In this document: positions 1 to 7,717 of the stretch, one piece after another | Numbering within the stretch: position 1 is the stretch's first letter | How the letters are laid out: every line of letters begins with the position of its first letter | Assembly (NCBI GenBank): GCA_963933115.1 | Contig: CAWVSL010000002.1 | Span: forward strand, 53,531-117,530 | Origin: an uncultured Colwellia sp. | Lineage (GTDB): Bacteria > Pseudomonadota > Gammaproteobacteria > Enterobacterales > Alteromonadaceae | Length of the DNA stretch: 64,000 nt | Direction of reading: 5' to 3' | Made by a program: the position numbers and the translations under genes | Notes under the pieces: generated by a model | What the model was told of the DNA's origin: nothing | What the model saw: only the letters and a program-made list of their open reading frames with translations | The model's database searches: none

Positions 1-661
1 AGAAAATAATACCGCCAATCACAGAAAAACTAGTTTGCGCTAAAAATATCAGTGGAAAGAGACTAACTATTAACAGTGAAATAAGTATTAAATAAAGTGA
101 AAATATTTTAAACCATTGAAACCGTAGAGCTTGGAGCGATACAATTATTGCCTTTATTGGCGAAAACTTTTTTTCAACAACTAAAGGAATAACTAACGAT
201 AAAGCAACAGCTAAAAATATTCCGGGAATAACGAATAGTTGCAAACCAACACCTACAAATAAAGACGAAATCAACGCACAAAGTGCAACCCAACTTCCTC
301 GTTTTAAAAATGAAAAGACTAATTTGGGCTGAGTTTTCATACCTACCGAATGTAAAACCCCCATCATTTCAATTCCAGCCAAAAAGGGCCAGGTGAGGAG
401 TGTAACAATTACATTAAAAATCATACTGGCTTGGGGATCTTCAAGAATAACTTCATAACCACCCAAAGCGTCTATAACAAGTAAAGAAATTATGGTGGCA
501 AAAATAAATATAACCAATAACCCCAGGTTAATTGACATGCGAGAACTTAACGTATTTTGCCAAGCCTCTTTTAATATCGATTGTTGATTAATAGTAAAAT
601 CGCCCTTAACCGCTTTTTCAATACTACCACCGACATCTAAAACTGTCTTTTTTTCATCCAA
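1..661 (-). CDS. polytopic membrane protein of unknown function (partial; C-terminus lies beyond position 1)
   Basis: Own translation of the minus strand: TTG at 661..659, then DEKKTVLDVGGSIEKAVKGDFTINQQSILKEAWQNTLSSRMSINLGLLVIFIFATIISLLVI. Further hydrophobic spans follow (IFNVIVTLLTWPFLAGI, WVALCALISSLFVGVGLQLFVIPGIFLAVALSLVIPLVV, IFSLYLILISLLIVSLFPLIFLA). The frame stays open to the window edge and an in-frame TAA lies just upstream of the TTG. It is absent from the ORF track because no stop codon falls inside the window. Start codon uncertain. Confidence 0.55.
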   Translation of the reverse strand, partial: MDEKKTVLDVGGSIEKAVKGDFTINQQSILKEAWQNTLSSRMSINLGLLVIFIFATIISLLVIDALGGYEVILEDPQASMIFNVIVTLLTWPFLAGIEMMGVLHSVGMKTQPKLVFSFLKRGSWVALCALISSLFVGVGLQLFVIPGIFLAVALSLVIPLVVEKKFSPIKAIIVSLQALRFQWFKIFSLYLILISLLIVSLFPLIFLAQTSFSVIGGIIF

Positions 662-787
662 AACTTTAACCCTTATAATATGCGTGATTGATAACAGATC
701 AAATAATAAATCTATTATACCGTTCTGATTCAACTAGTTCAAAAGAAGTTATGAGTCTGTTAATAATTACATCTAAATGATTAAAAG

Positions 788-1348
788 TTAATTATTCTGT
801 TTAATATCTATTAGCAGCTGACTAAAAAAAGGCGCACCCTTAGATCTAGCCAAATTAATATTATTAATAGGAATATTTTCTGGGTTTTTATAAACACTTA
901 AAACCCTAGTCATACTTTCTTCTCTAATTAGGTGTAAGGTGGGGTATGGAGAACGGTTCGTAAAATTAGCGGCATCATTAAACTCTTCTCCCTCAAAGTA
1001 ATAATCGGGATGAAAGCTTGCCAGTTGAAATATTCCTTCAAACCCAGAATTGATTAGTGACTCTTCAGCATATGCAACTAAATCTAAGTAACACTCAAAA
1101 CTTTTAAAACCTTCATTGTAGATAAGTAATGACGTTTCGACTTCACTATGTTCTGCTAAGTAACCACATTGTTCAACCAATTCTTCAAGGGCCAACCCAA
1201 CTTTACTTTTATCTGATAAATGATAATGAATTGTCTTGTTTACCAGCTCTTTCTTAGCAAATGGACAAAAATTAAAGGCAACTATAATTTGCTCTAACCA
1301 CAGTTTTGTTTGTTTAATTTCTATTTCCATAAGGTGTTCATTACTCAT
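788..1348 (-). CDS. DUF1415-like protein (conserved hypothetical)
   Basis: ORF track 788..1393. The FNFCPFAKKE motif and ~185 aa size match my recollection of the DUF1415 family (not searched). I prefer the ATG at 1348 (MSNEHLMEIEIK...), which overlaps the upstream ABC stop codon by 8 nt (ATGAGTAA). The first 15 track codons lie inside the ABC gene. Confidence 0.6.
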   Translation of the reverse strand: MSNEHLMEIEIKQTKLWLEQIIVAFNFCPFAKKELVNKTIHYHLSDKSKVGLALEELVEQCGYLAEHSEVETSLLIYNEGFKSFECYLDLVAYAEESLINSGFEGIFQLASFHPDYYFEGEEFNDAANFTNRSPYPTLHLIREESMTRVLSVYKNPENIPINNINLARSKGAPFFSQLLIDIKQNN

Positions 1349-3128
1349 TAGAGGATGATTGCTGAAGTTGCCACATATTTTTATAATGCCCATTTAGCGT
1401 CAATAAACTTTGATGGTTACCCTGCTCTATAATTTCACCTTGTTTCATCACAATGATATTATCCGCATCGACAATAGTAGATAACCTATGTGCAATAACA
1501 AGACTAGTACGGTGTTGAGTCACTTCATCAATGGCTGCCAAAATAGCTTGTTCTGAATGACTATCTAAAGAAGATGTTGCCTCATCAAAGACTAAAATAG
1601 CTGGATTTTTTAAAATAGTCCTCGCTATCGCTACTCTTTGTTTTTCACCACCTGATAGTTTTAAGCCACGTTCTCCAACAGTTGTCTCAACACCATCAGG
1701 TAATGAGGCAATAAACCGTGATAAATGGGCTAATTCTATTGCTCTAAGTACTTCACTTTCACTTGCACTAGGGTCGCCATAATGAACATTAGCAAACAAA
1801 GTGTCATTAAATAACACAGTGTCTTGAGGTACAATACCAATATTTTTTCGCAATGACTTCTGAGTTATTTGATTGATTTTTTGACCATCAATCATAATTT
1901 TCCCCTCGCATACATCGTAAAATCGGAACAATAATTTCACTAGTGTCGATTTTCCAGAGCCACTCTCACCAACAACTGCGACTTTTTGACCCGCCTTAAT
2001 AACAAAAGACAAATCATTAATAATAGTCCTATCCTTGTGATAGGAAAAACTAATCTGTTCAAAGGTAATTTCCCCACCCTCAAGACTCAACTCTTTCGCA
2101 TTTAACTGGTCTTCAACTTTTGGCTTTTTATCCAATAAGGTAAACATGTTCTCAATATTTGCCAATGATCCTTTTATCTCTCGATAGACAAAACCTAAAA
2201 AATTTAAAGGAATAAATAATTGCATCATAAATGCATTAATTAATACAAAATCACCTAAACTCATGCGCTGATTTGTTACTTCAAAAGCAGCTAAAGCTAA
2301 CATAGAGGTCATCGCTAATGAAATAATCAATGCTTGACCGCCATTCAAGGCAAATAGAGATATACGGTTTTGAGTTTTTGCGACTTCCCATAAAGCTAAG
2401 TTTTTATCATAAGCCTTGGCTTCATATTCTTCATTGGTAAAGTATTTTACCGTCTCATAATTAAGTAAGCTGTCAATAGCCCGAGTATTACTTGATGAGT
2501 CAGCTTTATTTGCAGCGCGAATGTATCCAGTGCGCCATTCAGTAGCATAAATAGAATAGCCAATATAAATGACAATGGAGGTTAACGTAATAAAGGCAAA
2601 CCAAAAACCATAATTGACAAACAAGATGGTAATCACCATAACTATTTCAAGCAGGGTTGGCACTATATTAAAAACCATAAAGCGCATGAGAAAATTAACA
2701 CCTGAGTTTCCTCGGTCAATATCTCTTGATAAGCCACCTGTTTGACGGTTTAGATGAAAATCCAAGTCAAGTTTATGTAAGTGGCGAAAAACTTTTAGAC
2801 CAATTCTTCTGATAGCTCTTTCCGTAACGCGTCCAAAAAGAGTATCTCTAATTTCAGCAAATATAACTATCGTCAGCCTTGTTAAGCCGTAGGCGGCAAC
2901 TAAAGCAAAAGGCACTAGATAAACGCGATTCTCTTTTTGAGTATCAAGAACATCAACAATATCTTTTAATATAAAAGGTAGATAAACACTCGCCACTTTA
3001 GTTAATATCAAACACCCGAGGGCAAAAGCGATACGCACCTTAAATTCCAATAAATAGGGCCATAAAGCTTTTAAAACTTTCCAATTAAATTTATCCACAT
3101 GCTGCTCGGGGAAGTTATTACCACGCAT
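1341..3128 (-). CDS. ATM1/HMT1-type ABC exporter (fused permease + ATPase half-transporter)
   Basis: 595 aa with an N-terminal multi-TM domain. Motifs: Walker A GESGSGKST, ABC signature LSGGEKQRVAIAR, Walker B ILVFDEATSSLD, H-loop VIAHRLST. LLNYETVKYFTNEEYE is characteristic of the ATM1/ABCB6/ABCB7/HMT1 subfamily. Confidence 0.9.
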   Translation of the reverse strand: MRGNNFPEQHVDKFNWKVLKALWPYLLEFKVRIAFALGCLILTKVASVYLPFILKDIVDVLDTQKENRVYLVPFALVAAYGLTRLTIVIFAEIRDTLFGRVTERAIRRIGLKVFRHLHKLDLDFHLNRQTGGLSRDIDRGNSGVNFLMRFMVFNIVPTLLEIVMVITILFVNYGFWFAFITLTSIVIYIGYSIYATEWRTGYIRAANKADSSSNTRAIDSLLNYETVKYFTNEEYEAKAYDKNLALWEVAKTQNRISLFALNGGQALIISLAMTSMLALAAFEVTNQRMSLGDFVLINAFMMQLFIPLNFLGFVYREIKGSLANIENMFTLLDKKPKVEDQLNAKELSLEGGEITFEQISFSYHKDRTIINDLSFVIKAGQKVAVVGESGSGKSTLVKLLFRFYDVCEGKIMIDGQKINQITQKSLRKNIGIVPQDTVLFNDTLFANVHYGDPSASESEVLRAIELAHLSRFIASLPDGVETTVGERGLKLSGGEKQRVAIARTILKNPAILVFDEATSSLDSHSEQAILAAIDEVTQHRTSLVIAHRLSTIVDADNIIVMKQGEIIEQGNHQSLLTLNGHYKNMWQLQQSSSNE

Positions 3129-3165
3129 ATATTCTTCAATCCTTAATCAGTTTTCACTTATCTGC

Positions 3166-4545
3166 TTAGTACCACTCACCTTTACCCAAACGGTAAACTA
3201 CGTTTAAAGCAAAAGCATTTTCGGATGTTTTAGTACGTACACTATAATAGTGGCGAACATCAGTTTGAATGGCGATATTATTAGTTATTTTACAGTGGAA
3301 TCCTGCACCAAGATTGACTTGAAATACTTTTTTTTCATTGTCTCTTTCACGAAGCATTTCACCGAAACCTGCTGAAATGAAAGGTCTTATGTTTTTCTCA
3401 GTATCAAAATAATATTGAGCGTTGATACTGTAATTCTCATAATTAATTTTCTTATTTGTATTAAGATCTTTAAGTTTTCCTTTTGAATAACTGACACGGG
3501 TAGAGAAACTTCGTGAAAAGTACATACCTAAAGAATACTCGGTTGTTTGGCCCTTATCTTTTTGCCAATAAGAGTCTAAATCAACATAGCCAATACCATA
3601 AGATAAACCCACCACACTATAATCAAGTGGGTCATTAGTCTGTTGATAATAATGTGGGGCTTGAGTTGATGAGTAATGTTGACCATTACCAAACGTATAA
3701 GCAAGATTAATTTGAGCATAATACTCAGAATCAACACCTCCATTTATATTAACATCATTCATTGAGATGTTACCAGTCCCAGCCCGGATGACTTCATAAC
3801 CAAAAAGATTATTAATACCAGTACCAAGACTGTCAATAGGATCTAATAGCGCTAAAACGGTACTACCTATAATATCTGAACCCCATATTTGCCCACCATC
3901 TCGACGAATAATTTGCTCTTGGTTAAATGCCCATTCGCCCCAAGCCCAGCCGAGTAGTGGTGTAATAACCAGATCTTGTATCGAAGGAGGTTCGGCTACA
4001 GCTTCGACACCATATTCCCAATATAGAGTCGACATTAATAACCCATAAACAAAAAAATCCCACTGACGGTAGCCTGACTTGCGGGCAACTTGATAATATA
4101 TACCACCAAAATAAGGATGGCCGAGCCAATTAACAAGTACTTTATCACGATCCCATAAAAGCCCCATTTTGACATTTCTTCCCCACTTTATAAAGTCTTC
4201 CCCTTCTGTATCCCAATTAGAGAAACTTTCAGGTAGGAAATAAAGTACTGCTGTAACACCTATACCGTAGGCAAATACAGACTGAGTTTGTGACCATAGA
4301 CGGTCACTGTCTTCACCATTTTGAGGGGAAAAAAGGGAAATTTGATAAGGATTATCGTAAAAGTTTTTTTCTACAATTTGATTTTCCCAAGCACTATTGG
4401 TAATTTCATTAACATGAATACTTTCAAGTTCGATATGATAATCGTCATTTACACCCATATCGTCTGCGAACAGGTAAAATGGGATAACTAAGAAGACTAA
4501 TGATAAATATTTAGATAGATTTTTAGACAGGTTTACATTGATCAT
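3166..4545 (-). CDS. secreted outer-membrane protein: DUF3943-like N-terminal region fused to a C-terminal OMP beta-barrel domain
   Basis: ORF track 3166..4587 starts at TTG. The ATG at 4545 gives MINVNLSKNLSKYLSLVFLVIPFYLFA|DD, a plausible signal peptide. WDRDKVLVNWLGHPYFGGIYYQ resembles DUF3943 (recalled). The last ~140 aa show alternating beta-strand patterns and end in an aromatic residue (...VVYRLGKGEWY), typical of OMP barrels. Confidence 0.7.
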   Translation of the reverse strand: MINVNLSKNLSKYLSLVFLVIPFYLFADDMGVNDDYHIELESIHVNEITNSAWENQIVEKNFYDNPYQISLFSPQNGEDSDRLWSQTQSVFAYGIGVTAVLYFLPESFSNWDTEGEDFIKWGRNVKMGLLWDRDKVLVNWLGHPYFGGIYYQVARKSGYRQWDFFVYGLLMSTLYWEYGVEAVAEPPSIQDLVITPLLGWAWGEWAFNQEQIIRRDGGQIWGSDIIGSTVLALLDPIDSLGTGINNLFGYEVIRAGTGNISMNDVNINGGVDSEYYAQINLAYTFGNGQHYSSTQAPHYYQQTNDPLDYSVVGLSYGIGYVDLDSYWQKDKGQTTEYSLGMYFSRSFSTRVSYSKGKLKDLNTNKKINYENYSINAQYYFDTEKNIRPFISAGFGEMLRERDNEKKVFQVNLGAGFHCKITNNIAIQTDVRHYYSVRTKTSENAFALNVVYRLGKGEWY

Positions 4546-5196
4546 ATAGTGGGTATTAATCCATTCATCTCTAGACAAAGACTTCAATGTCCTTGCAGGT
4601 ATAAGTAACTTAATTTTAGTCTGCTATTGATGAAATGCTTATAAGCAACTAGTTTATTTAAAAATGAGAACGTAATTCCAAAGAATTACACTTAAAGTCG
4701 ACATGGGCAAACAACTATTTAACTTATAAAAATCAAGTGGTGACTGTTGCTATCTAAACGGGCTAATAAGCTTGAAATCAAAAGAATAATATTAAGTGTA
4801 GATTATAGATTAAAAAAAACTCTGCTTAAATATTACTTAATTAAAATTACCTGTTCTAATAAGTATAGATAAATGTAAACCTAACTGATTAGGTACTTAG
4901 GGAAATGACATAGGGTATTGTATTATCATAGTTGAAAATAATAGATTAATAGAAAACTGATATCACTAGAATTGTAGATAGAGATTTTTATAAATGGTGA
5001 ACTGCAGTGGGGTTTTCTATTTATCATTTATTATAGATTTTATATCAATAATTTTAAAACAACGATATTCACGATGTAATAATTTTTAAGAACGGTGATA
5101 AACAATCAAAAGTAATGGGTGAGTTATCTAAGAAATAGTGGTTAACTCAATTATATATATTTTTTAAAAACTACTGATATACTATTAACACGGTAA

Positions 5197-5219
5197 TAAA
5201 AAACGCGACCTAAGTCGCG
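5197..5219 (-). terminator. rho-independent terminator downstream of the DUF4136-like lipoprotein gene
   Basis: Minus strand reads CGCGAC-TTAG-GTCGCG followed by TTTTTTATT. It is a 6-bp GC stem located 21 nt after the stop at 5240. Confidence 0.75.
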
Positions 5220-5239
5220 CTTATATAGAAAAGTAATAA

Positions 5240-5833
5240 TTAATTAAAATTAACAATCACCTGTTCAACTAAATTTTTAATGAATTGCTCTGGCTCATCT
5301 TTATCATCAGAGGCAATTCGCTTAATAGCCCAACCATGCCAAACCGGTTGATGAGACTTAACATCATAAACATCTACCGCTAATTTACCCTCTGTATAAT
5401 TTATAACACGAGTTTCAGTTCCCCTTAGCAAACTACCAAAGGGACCTCTTGCACCATAATAACCTCGACCCCAAATAAAATCGGTGTTAAAACTTGCTGG
5501 GTAGGAATTGATTTTTATTTTATCCCTATTTCCTACCGTATAAGAGATGGCAAAGTCAGCATTCTCTGATGAAGAGATTAATTTATAACCCTTGGTAATG
5601 AAGGCATCCTCAACAGCGTCGTCAATTCTAAGCTTCATTACAGGATTTATATCTTCACTAGCTGCAAGAATTTTACCCTCATTTAACCAAGCAAATGTTT
5701 TATATTGACTCGTATCTACTTTCAAATTCTTATCAAAATCAACCTTGGTTGTATACTGAGATGCACAACCTGCGATAATCGCAGCTGATACTCCGACAAT
5801 AAACATCTTCAATATAGATTTTACCTTCAGCAT
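5240..5833 (-). CDS. lipoprotein, DUF4136-like
   Basis: 197 aa. Lipoprotein signal MLKVKSILKMFIVGVSAAIIAG|C with a lipobox Cys. Size and overall pattern resemble DUF4136 lipoproteins (recalled, not searched). Confidence 0.65.
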   Translation of the reverse strand: MLKVKSILKMFIVGVSAAIIAGCASQYTTKVDFDKNLKVDTSQYKTFAWLNEGKILAASEDINPVMKLRIDDAVEDAFITKGYKLISSSENADFAISYTVGNRDKIKINSYPASFNTDFIWGRGYYGARGPFGSLLRGTETRVINYTEGKLAVDVYDVKSHQPVWHGWAIKRIASDDKDEPEQFIKNLVEQVIVNFN

Positions 5834-6171
5834 AATACTTACCCTTTTAATAGGTCCATTGAAATCAACAGACTAATATGACCGCTTTACTATTACACCA
5901 TTGTTATTAATTATCATCGTAGTTACAACTAAAACTATTAAATAATCTCACATGTTTTTAATGGTGAACTATAAAAAATTTACTATTGTATATTTAAACA
6001 TCAATATAGTTATTAAACTGATACTCATGACTCAGTGATATTACATTAAATAATTCCCAAGAAAAATTCAACAGGGTCATAAAATAAAAAGTGTAACTGA
6101 AATTTAATGTAATCATAATGTGACTTCCAATCAACAGTCTAATGAAATTAAACAGATTGTCATTACGACGG

Positions 6172-7443
6172 CTATCGTTTATTTATGTTGATAGTCTCGA
6201 TGACTATCTCTTCAGTTGCGTTCTCTCCATTAATAGTAACATTATGATGTTCATTTACTGGCGATGCATTAGCTGGTAAGGAGTCATTTATAATTTGTAT
6301 TTCATAATGACCAGTTTTTATTTCACCAAAATAATATTCTCCGTAGCTATCCGTTACCGACTTACGTTCCTCTTTTTTATTGTCTAGGTCTACCAGCTTA
6401 ACAGTGACGCCTGAAAGTGCTCTAGAAGTCTCATCATCAAAAACTATTTTTCCACTTAATGAAGATAATATTGCTATACCCAGGTTCACACGAGTAAGGG
6501 TCAGCTTATCCCATTTTGCCCTTTGTACACCTTGAGTTGGAGTGTATATGGCGGGCAATGAAGATGAATTAAGTGACACCACTATTTCATCCTGCCTTTC
6601 ATTACGAGGAATATAAAACCAGCCCTCACGGCCTGAACGATAATTTTTTATCCCATTCAATAATATGTCTATATTATTAACTCCAACTTCACCCTCATCA
6701 TATTTACCATTGGTATTAGAATCTAGATACACCCGTCCCTTAATTCCTCCACTTTCAGGTTTTATTTGACTTTTTCTTGCAATATAATGGGGTTTGAATC
6801 TATCCCAAGTAAAAAGACCTGAAATCCTTAAATATAAGTTTATATTATAACCCTCTGTGGAATTTCCCTTTGCTACATTTAAACCTAATAGATCACCGCC
6901 ACCTCTATGAAAAGGATACTCAAGTGTGATGATGGTTCTATGGTTATAATTGATAAGATCGTGTCGACTTAATAGTTTAAATTTAATTTCGCCTGAAAAA
7001 TTCATATTACGCTCAACAGAAAATTCGGCTGTCTTATGCCCTAGTCCAGAATTCATATAATTAGCGTGGCTCGACCAAGTATCAGAAAATTTATATTTAC
7101 CACTGACCCGTGTACCAAATGGTAAGCTACTTGTGATCATTGGTACTGGAACTCCAGAACGAAGATCTTCATTATCAGCAAAACCTATTGGTTCACCCCA
7201 GCTATGACTAAAATCGATGCCAATATTCTTATTAAGGTTAGAATTCATACGAAAACTATACAGTTTTCGTTCTCTATCTATATTGGTTTCTTGTTGCTTA
7301 ATCCAATCAGCCCTTAAACTTAAACTCGTGTGATGAATCCAATTTTGATTTTTCAACTCGGCTGCTAAATATTGAGTATTATCAGCAGTGTTATTAGATT
7401 TAATACTGGCATATGCACTATTTAAAATAAGATTATCTTCCAC
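6172..7443 (-). CDS. beta-rich N-terminal region + SdrD B-like + carboxypeptidase-regulatory-like (Cna-B type) domains; no signal peptide, possibly an N-terminally decayed gene
   Basis: 423 aa starting at GTG (7443). GRVYLDSNTNGKYDEGEVGV fits the SdrD B-like repeat. SGVTVKLVDLDNKKEERKSVTDSYGEYYFGEIKTGHYEIQI fits a CarboxypepD_reg/Cna-B fold. The N-terminal 210 aa have amphipathic strand-like segments. An in-frame TAA lies only 21 codons upstream of the GTG and no export signal is present. Confidence 0.5.
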   Translation of the reverse strand: MEDNLILNSAYASIKSNNTADNTQYLAAELKNQNWIHHTSLSLRADWIKQQETNIDRERKLYSFRMNSNLNKNIGIDFSHSWGEPIGFADNEDLRSGVPVPMITSSLPFGTRVSGKYKFSDTWSSHANYMNSGLGHKTAEFSVERNMNFSGEIKFKLLSRHDLINYNHRTIITLEYPFHRGGGDLLGLNVAKGNSTEGYNINLYLRISGLFTWDRFKPHYIARKSQIKPESGGIKGRVYLDSNTNGKYDEGEVGVNNIDILLNGIKNYRSGREGWFYIPRNERQDEIVVSLNSSSLPAIYTPTQGVQRAKWDKLTLTRVNLGIAILSSLSGKIVFDDETSRALSGVTVKLVDLDNKKEERKSVTDSYGEYYFGEIKTGHYEIQIINDSLPANASPVNEHHNVTINGENATEEIVIETININKR

Positions 7444-7717
7444 TTCACTTTGAATAAAGCTTCCCCACCCTTTACGATTACCTAAATTTATATCGCCCGC
7501 TGAATATTATAAATATTATATGTAGTTATTAAAGCAATAGTGTCCTGCTCTATTGTAATAAACTCAATATTCATAATTTACGATAATGAAACAGATCAGA
7601 TAATGTTGACCAAAAAAAGAAAGGGCTCGTGAGATGAGTAAGACTTTGCAACTGTTATTATAGTGGCTGAGCGTCCATTATGATTATGATAATTATTCAT
7701 TTAATTAATTATAAAGG

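Noticed and set aside
3923-4129. 68-aa ORF nested in another frame of the DUF3943-like gene. Similar nested or antisense small ORFs occur at 7920..8102, 9506..9772, 10292..10573, 18160..18399, 19042..19239, 45829..46020 and 36858..37088.
   Set aside because: All are embedded in longer ORFs that have clear protein-family signatures or signal peptides. They have no independent start context or motifs.
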